A stretch of DNA of 64,000 nt from Tetramitus jugosus (taxonomy: Eukaryota > Protista > Heterolobosea): NCBI GenBank assembly GCA_937625935.1, contig OW569356.1:62001-126000 (forward strand). Reading direction: 5' to 3'. Below are positions 54,506-64,000 of the stretch, in pieces. The notes beneath the pieces were generated by a model. It was not told the origin of the DNA, did no database searches, and worked only from the letters and a program-made list of their open reading frames with translations. Within the stretch, counting starts at the first letter, position 1. Each line of letters starts with the position of its first letter. The position numbers and the translations under genes are program-made.

Positions 54506-55330
54506 TTTTTTTTTTTTTTTTTTTTTCCATACAACATTTGTTGCCACTTTATTCTATACACCACAGTGAGACATGATTCCGCTCAGCACCGTTAGGTGAT
54601 GAGCAGTGTTTCATCTCTCTTCACAACAGAATTGATATACACCTTGTATAGTGCCTTGATGCAGGCACGTTTGGTTGAGTCGACGACTCCCTTAATCCTT
54701 TTCTCTGCCTCCCTCTTCTTGCATCCTTTAAGCTTCAGTTCCTCCAGAAGTTCCCCCCTAAAGTCTTCCTCTTTACCCATCAGACCTTCCAGAAGTCCCT
54801 CGGCAGATCTTTTGACGTTTCGTGGTTGGATCTCCCCTCCCACAAACAGTGCATCGTCGAACCATAGAACCAACTTGGCAGTGTCTGGTGGTTTCATCCT
54901 TTTCAACTTGTCTTTTAGTTCCTCTGCCACTTTACTTCTTGCTGCTTTGGCATAATCACACTCAACCAGCAGATGAATGATGGTCTCGGGGCTTTTGCCA
55001 CAAAGAGAGCATGTAACATCACCTATGGCATTGTACAACTTCTGCATGACCACTTTCGTATGCAAGGTACCACTCCTGACCTGGTGGTAGAACCACAGCT
55101 CCTTCCTGTCCAATCCAAAAGGACATTTCAAGAAATAGTTCCACTCCACTGACTTCTGCAACTCCGAATCAAGCCACCATCCTCCATTCAATCCAATAAA
55201 TTCTGTCCTCTGTTTTACAAATGATTCCACTACTCCTTCTCGAATGTTGGGATTCTCGTTGACCACACCATTAGCTAGCACCTTGATTTCCGTCTTACTA
55301 GTTCTAGCGAGCAGCGACTCATTGCACGGC
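54506..55330 (-). mobile_element. 5'-truncated non-LTR retrotransposon (C-terminal part of ORF2 with zf-RVT knuckle, 3' UTR, poly(A))
   Basis: CSLCGKSPETIIHLLVEC (C-x2-C-x8-H-x4-C), stop at 54592, AATAAA in the 3' UTR, T-tract ending at 54526; TSD TCAAAAATGATATTT at 54491-54505 and 55331-55345. Confidence 0.88.
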
Positions 55331-55374
55331 TCAAAAATGATATTTCTAAATTTAAAGGGTATCAATCAATATGA

Positions 55375-55471
55375 TCCCATATAGTCTAGCTGGTTAGGAT
55401 ATCCGGCTTTCACTTCCAAGCTGAAATGCAAAAGTCCCCGGAAGACCCGGGTTCGAGTCCCGGTATGGGAG
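55375..55471 (+). tRNA. tRNA-Glu (anticodon TTC) with 24-nt canonical intron (55413-55436)
   Basis: Acceptor stem TCCCATA/TATGGGA, D-arm with GG, anticodon stem TCCGG/CCGGA with CT-TTC-A loop, T-arm CCGGG-TTCGAGT-CCCGG and a TTTT terminator at about 55476. Confidence 0.93.
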
Positions 55472-55530
55472 ATCCTTTTAATTTCTTGTTTTTGGGGGTA
55501 AGATCAAGAACCCCACAAAAACGAATCAAC

Positions 55531-56296
55531 ATGACACCAGAACGATTGTGCCAAAGAAACATCGTATTATTTGGTGGCACAGGAGGAACAGGACACTATT
55601 TATTGCCTGACCTGTTGGACAGAGGATTTTCGGTGTAAGTTCTTCAAAAACATATATTGATGTTCACCATTTAATTCTTGTTCAATTTTGTAATCGTTTT
55701 TTTTTCTCCTTTACAGCACTGCTATTGTCCGTTATGTGAGTAAAATCCCGACAGAGCTCACCCAAAAATACCCTTCCCAGTTGACTGTCGTTCAAGCCAA
55801 TGTTCTGGAACCGAACAAGTACGAGTCGTACATTGCAAAGTGTGATGTGGTTGTTTCTTGTCTGGGGTTCGATAATCTGAAGGCCACAACTGTCTTGAGC
55901 ACAGGAATGAAACACATTGTGTCCTGTATGAAGAAACATGGAGTCAAAAGAATTTTGACAATTTCAAGTGCCGGATGCAACGCTTCTGATCCAAATTTGC
56001 CACTCTATTTCAAGTGGTTGATCCTCCCTTACATTCTCTACGAGACCCACGAGGAATTGAAACGAATGGATCAAGTGATATTGGATCAGGCTCAAGAAGA
56101 CGGTGAATCGCTGAGATTTACGATTGTGAGACCTCCTCGACTGCTCAACAAACCCTTGACTCAAGTGTATAGGGCAAGTGTAGATGGACTGCAATCTGGA
56201 GGCGCGTCTATCAATAAGAGTGACTTGGCCTATGCGATGGCAAATATGATTGAACTGGATCAATTTGAGAATTCGATTGTTTATGTATCAAACTAA
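55531..56296 (+). CDS. NAD(P)-binding flavin reductase / biliverdin reductase B-like; exons 55531-55634 and 55717-56296
   Basis: IVLFGGTGGTG Rossmann motif; intron 55635-55716 (GTAAGT...ACAG, phase 2); DVVVSCLG, FTIVRPPRL and INKSDLA. Confidence 0.88.
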
Positions 56297-56375
56297 GTTC
56301 GATTATAATTAATAACGAGTGAGTTCTTTTTAATTTCCACAAAGTATCATTCCAATATTCTATTTCAAAAATCGA

Positions 56376-58058
56376 TTATGAATGAGTTTGTGTTCCTTCT
56401 TGTTGATGATGCTCTATCATATTCAAAAAGACTCGAAGAATAACAGGGAAATGTCGAACGTTGGCCACGAATGAACTTGTACTTTGGAATAGGTTCATGT
56501 ATTCTGCTATCATCTCAGTGTTTTCCCTCGGGTCGAATCCCAACCGATCACGGTAGGACAACTCGGTAATTAGATGATCTTTCATAGTGCTTATGAAGGG
56601 ACCGATGATGCGTTGTGCATTAGCTTCCAAGTCCTCGCCATCTGTCTCCTCACCTCTCTCGTAGTCCATCAACTCATACAGCTCGCTCTTTATTATTAGT
56701 GCTGCATCATCGATGAATACATCCACAGAGTCTACATAATAACTACTTATATCTAGCAAGAGAATCTGACTCAGTCGACGGATACTAGTGATTCTAATTG
56801 TTACACTCTTCACTGTTGCTGGCAAGAGATAAAACACCTCATCTGATGATGCTATATCACTGAAAGAGCAATGTATCCTCTGTATGGTGGTATTGTTTGT
56901 AGAGTTAATGTACTCAGCTAGCTCGCAGTACTCGTTGGTTGAGTGACCCAGTAGGTTGATAGTGGACAAAGAGATATCTGTCAAGTATGGCGTATGTTCC
57001 AACAATTCTGACAATTCCATGTCATCCATCCAACTGAAACCTCCTAATACCTTTAACTTTGTCCATGGTACATATACATACTTCCATTGCTTCCTCAAGA
57101 TATTGTCATGTCCTAGTGTCACACATTTGAGATTCGGTAGAATTTGAGCAATCAACGGTAGCAATCCCTCTTTGGATTTTAAGGCGGTTTGAGCTGTCAG
57201 ACTAAGGACCGTGAGATTTGTTAAACATGATAGAATTGTTAAATCAGGTATCACTAGCTTTAGACTCAGCTTTCGGAGCGAGTTCGAATTGTTGAACAGA
57301 ATATCTTTGACTACCTCCGGTCTCTCTCTTGCCAGTTTCAGCTCTTCTAAATGACAATGACTTATGGATTCTAGTTTGATTCTCCTATTGAGCTTTAACG
57401 CTCTCAAGCAATGATTCTTCGTCACGACCTGAGTTGTAAATTCTCCAACGGGTTTAAGTCTCTTCGAAGAGTAAAGTTGGAACACTGTTAATGATTGAAT
57501 ATTGACATCAGATGGCAACTGATAATGCCACTTTCGAGATCTCGTGTTAATATCTAGATGAACAACTAACTCTTTCAGAGAAGGAAAATGGCTTCCTTTC
57601 AACAGCGAGAAGAGAAACTGTGGATAGCAATGGAGTTCCAAGCGTTGTAATCGAATGAAACTAGTCAATCCTACTGATTGATAGTGCAACAGCATCCCAG
57701 TGAAACGTAGTACATGAACATTCGGAGCAGAATGAATCAAGACTTGATCGGCATGTTCTTCTCCCTCAATCTCTAAATTTGTAAATCTCCTTTGTTCAAT
57801 AACCCCAAGAAAATTTGTTGACTCAAGATTGCAATGATGGATGACAGATTGGCTCAAACCGATTTGTTTCCATAAAGTAGTTCTCTGACACAAGTTGTAA
57901 TACCTTGAACAGACCAAAGACACGGAGTGGATTATCATCTGGTATGGTAGGAAGGTTAGGATGTATTCTTGAAGATCTTCGTACAGATCATTCAAACTCT
58001 GAGAATGAATCATAATCATAATTGCTTTTCCATGGTTTGTGTGACCGAAAGATGGCAC
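56376..58058 (-). CDS. F-box/LRR protein
   Basis: LNDLYEDLQEYILTFLP...VSLVCSRYY...LW followed by LxxLxL repeats. Confidence 0.8.
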   Translation of the reverse strand: MPSFGHTNHGKAIMIMIHSQSLNDLYEDLQEYILTFLPYQMIIHSVSLVCSRYYNLCQRTTLWKQIGLSQSVIHHCNLESTNFLGVIEQRRFTNLEIEGEEHADQVLIHSAPNVHVLRFTGMLLHYQSVGLTSFIRLQRLELHCYPQFLFSLLKGSHFPSLKELVVHLDINTRSRKWHYQLPSDVNIQSLTVFQLYSSKRLKPVGEFTTQVVTKNHCLRALKLNRRIKLESISHCHLEELKLARERPEVVKDILFNNSNSLRKLSLKLVIPDLTILSCLTNLTVLSLTAQTALKSKEGLLPLIAQILPNLKCVTLGHDNILRKQWKYVYVPWTKLKVLGGFSWMDDMELSELLEHTPYLTDISLSTINLLGHSTNEYCELAEYINSTNNTTIQRIHCSFSDIASSDEVFYLLPATVKSVTIRITSIRRLSQILLLDISSYYVDSVDVFIDDAALIIKSELYELMDYERGEETDGEDLEANAQRIIGPFISTMKDHLITELSYRDRLGFDPRENTEMIAEYMNLFQSTSSFVANVRHFPVILRVFLNMIEHHQQEGTQTHS

Positions 58059-58082
58059 ATTCTGTCAGAAAGAAATGAGCTT

Positions 58083-59066
58083 TTATGTTTTTGGTTTCGG
58101 CATCAAGTTGAATATTGGTTCAAACAAACCAGCAGGCAACACCTCTACGATCCTTGAGGCCCAATACGCAAAAACAGGGAACACAATCATTGCGTCATCC
58201 CTCTCCATACCAATTCTTATATTATGAGCCGCTTGTTCACTGGATATCATGAATGGTTTAGATCCAGGGAATACTTTAGCCATTCCAGTGTCAATCCATC
58301 CAGGCAAAGCAACTGAGACATAAACATTTAAGTACGAGGAAAAATACTTTCTCAAATAGCGAGCGTACTCTACCACAGCTCTCTTTGTAAGACCATAAAC
58401 ACTGATCATTGGTGCTTGAGAAACCAGAGAAGAAACAATGCAAATATGCAATGGTTGCTCTCCATCTCTATACCTCTCTATCTTTGACTCATCCAATCGC
58501 TCAACCAAAGGCAGAACAGTGTTTAACACACCGTTAAAGTTAATGTCTGATACTTGTCTGTTCATATCAGCCAAGGTTAGGTCAGGATTATTTTGCTTGA
58601 GTGTAAACTCTGTCACTCCAGCGTTAGCAAGCAACACATTGACACCATTAAACTTTTCCTCAAACGAATGAATAAAATCCCTCATTGCTGCCGCATCCCT
58701 GACATCAATAACACCCATCTGAACATCTTCCTGCTTCACGTTTTTATAGCTCTCAACTAATTCAGTTTTAGTTTGATTCAACCTCTCTTCACTCGTTCCA
58801 ATCAGTCCAAAGCACAATCTAGCATTTGGATAAGCTCTGGCAAACTCCAAAGCCAAAGCTCTGCCCAATCCGGCTGAAGCTCCTGTAATTACGATTGCAA
58901 TTTTCCCGGCTCGCGCGAGTGGCAGTTGTCGGTCTCGGCGCACCACGTATTCCAGGAGCGCGCCAAACAATTTGGCAAAAAAACTTGCGATCAATAGCAA
59001 AGGAGTGGCCATCATGGTCACCACAAATTCCACAAGACCAATCACGTAATTATTGTTTAGGCTCAT
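58083..59066 (-). CDS. Short-chain dehydrogenase/reductase with N-terminal membrane anchor
   Basis: ITGASAGLG, ANAG, SS...YGLTK (YxxxK) and PGWIDT. Confidence 0.9.
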   Translation of the reverse strand: MSLNNNYVIGLVEFVVTMMATPLLLIASFFAKLFGALLEYVVRRDRQLPLARAGKIAIVITGASAGLGRALALEFARAYPNARLCFGLIGTSEERLNQTKTELVESYKNVKQEDVQMGVIDVRDAAAMRDFIHSFEEKFNGVNVLLANAGVTEFTLKQNNPDLTLADMNRQVSDINFNGVLNTVLPLVERLDESKIERYRDGEQPLHICIVSSLVSQAPMISVYGLTKRAVVEYARYLRKYFSSYLNVYVSVALPGWIDTGMAKVFPGSKPFMISSEQAAHNIRIGMERDDAMIVFPVFAYWASRIVEVLPAGLFEPIFNLMPKPKT

Positions 59067-59321
59067 GATCGTCCCCTCAAAAAAAATCTTCGTGTCTTTG
59101 TTTTTCAACCAAATGTTGGAATTGACCAAAGCTTCGTCCAATTGACACACCACAGCTTCGGTTGTTGATCTACGCGGACAATAATTTTGTATGTTCCTTT
59201 TGACAATTTCCTTCATGCAGCAAAGAATAGAAAGCTCTCTCCACAACCAAACAAAAACACAACAACAACATCTGAGGGCTTGAAATAGCAGAGAGCAAAC
59301 AAATTTGACTGTCCTAATAAA

Positions 59322-60974
59322 ATGAGCTCCCATATCAACAATATATCGTCATACGAAAACGATGATGTTGTGAATCCGATGAATACAACGACGAACAACA
59401 ATACTAACCATCAACACCACGATACAGGTGCAGAGAATGACACTGCCTTTGCTCCCGTTGTTCTCGGAGAAAATAAAGACTCCGAAACTCGGAGTAAACG
59501 GAAATTTCTCTGCATTATTGAGCTCCCGCCACATGTAACGCACGTAAACATGTTTGTTTACTATTTGGCCGCTCTGATGACGATCGCCGTTTTTGTGTTC
59601 ATCAATGCCGCGCAACCGTACGTTCTACAGACGTATTTGAACGTTCCAGAGGACAAGCAAGGAGCTACATCAGGAGATCTTGCTTTTTGCAATGAACTGG
59701 TCATTATCATTGTAGCTTACTTGTGGGGAACTCTCTCTGACTTTCTAGGCTCTCGAAAGCTCGTTTACCTGTGTGGATTCCTCTTTATGGGCATGGGTCT
59801 TGGTCTCTATCCATTTGCTACGTCAGTTCTCGTTCTCTTTGTGTTCCGTGTGGTGTTTGCTCTGGGTGCAGCAAGCACAAGCAGTATGCTAACTGCTGTT
59901 TTAGCTGACTATACGGTTGATAAGGACAGAGGTAAGGCAACTGGTTTGTTGGGTGTTGTGAGTGGACTAGGTGCAGTGATTGCTGCCATCTTCTTACTCA
60001 AATTACCAACTTACTTCCAAGGGTGGCACTTTAGAGAGAAGGAAGCAGGTTATATGACCTATGTCATTGTAGCCATTTCTTCTATAGTCATGTGCTTTGT
60101 CGTGTTGTTTGGACTCGGTGGACCACTCATTGATCTGGACAAGAGATGGAAGCTACAACAAGAACAACTGGAGAAGAAGAAGAAGCAACAGCAGAGAGAA
60201 CAAGAGGAGGAGAGCAACAATGGTGTGAGCGATCGTGAGCAATTGATGCCTCAGCACAGTGAGAGCGAAGAAAGAAAAAAGTCCATTTTTACGCTCATCA
60301 AGGAGGGCATTCTCGCTGCAAAGGATCCCATGATTCTCTTGTCGTATGTGACTGGTTTCGTAGCTCGTGGAGATTCTGTTTTGATCACGACATTTATCAC
60401 ACTGTGGGTATCCCAGCAAATGCAATCTCTGCACGGAGCAACTCCAGCTCAAGGAGTTGCCAGAGGAGGTCTTGTTTCAGGTATTGCACAAACATGTGCA
60501 CTTGTTGCTGCTCCTTTTGTTGGATTCTTTTGTGACAAGGTCAATCGAGTGGGTACCCTAGTCGTTGTGTCACTCATCTCTGGTGTCGGATATACCATGA
60601 CTCACTTTTTGAAGGATGTCACTCAAGGTTTCGTCTACTTGCCAATCTGTTTGATTGGCGCAGGTGAAATTGGTGTCATTATTTGCAGTCAAATTCTAGT
60701 GACACAATCGGCTCCAAAGGACGTGCGAGGATCTGTTAGTGGTGTGTTCACACTCTTTGGTGCTGCAGGTGTTTTGCTGACAACAAAGGTCGGCGGTATC
60801 CTGTATGACAAGTGGAGACCGAGTGGACCATTCGTGCTGATTGGTATCTTGAATTTTATGGTGGCTGCTCTGGCTCTCGTTGTTTTTATTGTCGATGTGG
60901 TCAAAAGAAAGAAGAACAACACAAAACAACAAATCAGTGAAGAGTACGAAGAAACAAGGGCAACACACGTATAA
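59322..60974 (+). CDS. Major facilitator superfamily transporter
   Basis: About 12 TM segments; GTLSDFLGSRK and GFFCDKVNR motif-A-like loops. Confidence 0.9.
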   Translation: MSSHINNISSYENDDVVNPMNTTTNNNTNHQHHDTGAENDTAFAPVVLGENKDSETRSKRKFLCIIELPPHVTHVNMFVYYLAALMTIAVFVFINAAQPYVLQTYLNVPEDKQGATSGDLAFCNELVIIIVAYLWGTLSDFLGSRKLVYLCGFLFMGMGLGLYPFATSVLVLFVFRVVFALGAASTSSMLTAVLADYTVDKDRGKATGLLGVVSGLGAVIAAIFLLKLPTYFQGWHFREKEAGYMTYVIVAISSIVMCFVVLFGLGGPLIDLDKRWKLQQEQLEKKKKQQQREQEEESNNGVSDREQLMPQHSESEERKKSIFTLIKEGILAAKDPMILLSYVTGFVARGDSVLITTFITLWVSQQMQSLHGATPAQGVARGGLVSGIAQTCALVAAPFVGFFCDKVNRVGTLVVVSLISGVGYTMTHFLKDVTQGFVYLPICLIGAGEIGVIICSQILVTQSAPKDVRGSVSGVFTLFGAAGVLLTTKVGGILYDKWRPSGPFVLIGILNFMVAALALVVFIVDVVKRKKNNTKQQISEEYEETRATHV

Positions 60975-61025
60975 AAAATGAAATGGTTGTATTCATTTGA
61001 TTGTATTTGTACATTTTCTATTGTT

Positions 61026-63473
61026 TTACAATTGAAGTTTTTTCTTTTTGTTTTTGGTTGCGAGGATATCAGCAAGGAGAAGCCCTACGGTGAGTGATAT
61101 GCAGGTCGAAAAAGTATCCATGATGAAGGAGAGGCCACCATCTGAATCTTTTTGCAAGAACGCACCGATAGATCGAATTCCAAAGCTACCAGGCACTAAA
61201 TAAATGATGCCACAGGAAGCTACAATAATGCTTGGATGTCTCGATATCCATCCGAAAACATTGGCCACCATACCAATCATAAAGGCACCCAGCAGTGTAC
61301 CCACTTCTCGGCCAAGAAACATGGCTGAGAAATAGGAGGTGAAATAGCCACAGAATGCATCGAGAAATATGAAAAAGAGAGCCAAGGGATATCTTGGTGC
61401 CTTGAAATTAACAATTGTCGTCGATGTAACAACAGGTATCGTCAATGCCAGAATATAGATTGGAGGTGAGACACGAGATGCTGTGGTCATTTCTGGCAGT
61501 GCAGTAATATAACCCATGACAAACTTGCCCAAACGATCCGATATCAAAATACCAAATCCCAGTTGAATGATAGTAACAAATCCGTGCATGATACGCTGAG
61601 AGCCAGACATGAGATGCCGCACAGACAGCTCTGCAATAGCCAGTGTAAATGTGAGACCTGGAAGCAAAGAAACAACACCACTCAAAGACACCAAAAACAC
61701 TGAGATGGCAATCGTGTCCCTCAGCAAAATCTTGAACAAAATACCAATAATACCGGCAATGACACCAGATGTTATAGTGTGCACCTGACCCAGCACCTCA
61801 AACTTGCTGGACAGTGCACCGACAGATCCAATGCACAGTCCAGCGACAAATGAAGCAACCATCTCACCCCAATTGGCACCAAAGATCACACTCCACATAC
61901 CTGCTTGAATAAAGCAAGTAATAATTCGGAACATGAAGTGACTGTACTCTGACTGCTTCTCTAAAATATCAGTAATCAAATATCGAGCTTCCTTGATCGA
62001 GCAACCACCTCTAGAGATTCTTTCAGCAACATCATCCAATTGACACAACTTTGACAAATTGAGCGAGGCACTCGTAATCTTCACAAAGTGAGAACTACGA
62101 TCCGGATCATCGATACTACTTCCAAAGTAGATCCATAGACCGGTTGGAGTGCTATAGGCAGTACAAATGAGACCATAGTACGATGCAATCAACGACAAAT
62201 GATACTCTAATCGATAGGAAGTCATTCCATAAATCGATAGAGCATAACCAAGATCAATAATGATCGATTTCACTTCATTAATCTCATTTCTGTTCACGTC
62301 ATAGAGCTTCTCTGACGATACACTTGTTTTCAAGCTCAAATCACCCAACGAAGGTGACGATACCATTCCAGAGCTACCACCACCAGTATTCAGTGCACTT
62401 GCACCACCATTGCTACCATCGTTTACACTCTTGTGAGTGTCCGTATTGGCCGGTGGATCCAAATTCCACCAACAAGCAAAACACAATCGTTTCATGAACC
62501 GAGTCAACTTGTTCCTAGTTGAATCATCATCACCCTTTGCTTTATCATCACTTGCCCAACCACTTGACAAATTGTCCAGACTGAGAGAGCTACTGAGTCC
62601 CTTGAGATTCTCCATACTGAGTGAACTCGTCAGTCCATCACGAGCTCTTCGTGCTCTGTCTTTCCACGCGGCCAATTTGGCCATTCGTTGCCTCTTCATT
62701 TTTTGTATGGCAACGCTCTTGATGGCTTGATACTCACTGGGTAAAATCACATTTCGCTTATTGGCAATGGATGCGAATGAATGAGTCACTGAAGAGGATG
62801 ACAATGACCTGTTTGTTCTTGTGGATGCATGCTTGCTGTTTCGTCCATTGACACTGAGGAACGATTCGGTTGGTAGCGTTTGTGGCGCGCCTGCATCCGT
62901 AGATGTCGTTGAAGCGACATCGGAGAAATGACCTTCGCTGTGAATATCTCCGCCTAGAGTAATAATCTCCGAGTGGGAGTAATGATGATGGTGATCTTCA
63001 TGGTCATGAATACCACTGCCATCATCTTCATAGTCACTGTGATTATGATAATCATTGTCGTGATGATGAATCAACAAACGAACATTTTCCTTCTTTTTTT
63101 TCCTCTTTTTGTAAAGTCCACCATGATTGTCATCTTCTTCATCTTGATGAACAAGAACAGAAGATGTAGATGATGATAATTTTTCGACAGATGGTTGTTG
63201 AACAACATCGATATCAATCGTTATACTGTCATCTGAATCATTCGTCACATTCAAATTGTGTGTTTCGCCGCTTTGAAAAATGGCATCTGTTACCATTGGT
63301 TGATTACTATTGCTATTCGTACGGTTCATTGTTGTTGCATCTGTGTTGAATGAAGTAGAGGGAGAGAGAACAGAGGCACCATTGAGAAAAATCGAAGGTG
63401 ACGTGACGAGTGCAGCCGACGACAATGTTGTTGTTGTTGTTGAAGGTGGAGGTGGAGGCGGTGGTTCTGTCAT
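61026..63473 (-). CDS. ThrE-family membrane protein, paralogue of 4261-6525
   Basis: DLGYALSIYGMTSYRLE...STPTGLWI...SHFVKITSASLNLSKL, LLPGLTFTLAIAELS and YLVPGS. Confidence 0.85.
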   Translation of the reverse strand: MTEPPPPPPPSTTTTTLSSAALVTSPSIFLNGASVLSPSTSFNTDATTMNRTNSNSNQPMVTDAIFQSGETHNLNVTNDSDDSITIDIDVVQQPSVEKLSSSTSSVLVHQDEEDDNHGGLYKKRKKKKENVRLLIHHHDNDYHNHSDYEDDGSGIHDHEDHHHHYSHSEIITLGGDIHSEGHFSDVASTTSTDAGAPQTLPTESFLSVNGRNSKHASTRTNRSLSSSSVTHSFASIANKRNVILPSEYQAIKSVAIQKMKRQRMAKLAAWKDRARRARDGLTSSLSMENLKGLSSSLSLDNLSSGWASDDKAKGDDDSTRNKLTRFMKRLCFACWWNLDPPANTDTHKSVNDGSNGGASALNTGGGSSGMVSSPSLGDLSLKTSVSSEKLYDVNRNEINEVKSIIIDLGYALSIYGMTSYRLEYHLSLIASYYGLICTAYSTPTGLWIYFGSSIDDPDRSSHFVKITSASLNLSKLCQLDDVAERISRGGCSIKEARYLITDILEKQSEYSHFMFRIITCFIQAGMWSVIFGANWGEMVASFVAGLCIGSVGALSSKFEVLGQVHTITSGVIAGIIGILFKILLRDTIAISVFLVSLSGVVSLLPGLTFTLAIAELSVRHLMSGSQRIMHGFVTIIQLGFGILISDRLGKFVMGYITALPEMTTASRVSPPIYILALTIPVVTSTTIVNFKAPRYPLALFFIFLDAFCGYFTSYFSAMFLGREVGTLLGAFMIGMVANVFGWISRHPSIIVASCGIIYLVPGSFGIRSIGAFLQKDSDGGLSFIMDTFSTCISLTVGLLLADILATKNKKKKLQL

Positions 63474-64000
63474 TGATTGTTGTTGATATATAGCTATATT
63501 GTTGTTGTTGAAGGAAGAAAAAAGGAGAGAAATCTCGGGAGTTAGTTGTTGAAAGTTTGTTGCTTATTCTTTGTTTATGCTTGGATTGTTCATTTAGCTC
63601 TTGTTTGTTGATGGTTGTGATTCACAATGTGTGTGTTGTTTTTGTGTGTTGTTGGTGTTTTGGTTGGGCTTTCTGGAATCCTTGGGCTGAAATTCATCAC
63701 TGGCGTCATGCGCAAAGGAAGACCAAGCACTGGAAATTTGGTCGATCCGGTTCTTGAACTTTGAAATTCCATGGGTGCATCATCCTTCCGCGGGATTCAA
63801 GCATCTCGCGTCATCGTTATTTTTGTTGCATGATTTCGCGCCAATTCTTGACATGCTAGGTTCAATGAACCCAGTGAAAAAAGCATTTTATCGGATAATA
63901 AGAGAGCTTTATCCGAAGAGACGCGCACTGACACACAGACTGTGAGAGAGCAAACAACAGACAACAAGACACGCAAACAAAAGAAAAAGATGGCACTTTT

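Noticed and set aside
54566-54582. AGACATGATTCCG in the ORF2 element 3' UTR resembles AGACATGTGATTCCG at the ORF1 element start
   Set aside because: A short gapped match seen once; it cannot be distinguished from chance without more copies.
55331-55365. N-terminus MIPFKFRNIIF of the 257-aa track ORF
   Set aside because: Encoded by TSD and host flank; the ORF2 fragment is 5'-truncated at about 55330 and has no real start.
55426-55530. 5' part of the 70-aa ORF 55426-55638
   Set aside because: It overlaps the tRNA gene; the real flavin reductase start is the ATG at 55531.
1-64000. CRISPR arrays, prokaryotic operons and the many short antisense ORFs in the track
   Set aside because: No repeat-spacer arrays seen; the DNA is eukaryotic with introns, and the short ORFs are shadows of long genes or A/C-rich leaders.
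63990-64000. ATG after an A/C-rich leader at the window end
   Set aside because: Probably the start of the next gene, but only three codons are visible.

Overview
Gene-dense eukaryotic microbial (protist) DNA using the standard code, with short intergenic spacers, A/C-rich 5' leaders and a few short GT-AG spliceosomal introns (GTATGT/GTACGT/GTAAGT donors). A free-living amoeboid protist such as a heterolobosean is my inference from style and gene content, not proof. About 30 protein genes are present, including ThrE-family transporters (two), BTB, LCAT-like lipase, mS35, Alba, ZFAND, AAA ATPase, Fes1, a Qc-SNARE, Cet1-type RNA triphosphatase, condensin CAP-D2, Vms1/ANKZF1, acetyl-CoA synthetase, ACC-synthase-like aminotransferase, F-box proteins, AOX, CorA, ABCA, flavin reductase, SDR and MFS. 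There is also a solitary 5S rRNA gene (43984-44103) and an intron-containing tRNA-Glu(TTC) (55375-55471). The main finding is that both RNA polymerase III genes have poly(A)-tailed non-LTR retroelements inserted head-to-head about 40 bp upstream, with 15-bp target-site duplications (TSDs). Upstream of the 5S gene is an intact ORF1-only element. Upstream of the tRNA, a second ORF1-only copy and a 5'-truncated ORF2 (zf-RVT) element are stacked at the same site, giving a triplicated TSD. The two element types have different 3' UTRs but share an 11-nt terminal motif before the poly(A). This suggests a position-specific, Pol III-targeted, possibly two-component retrotransposon system.
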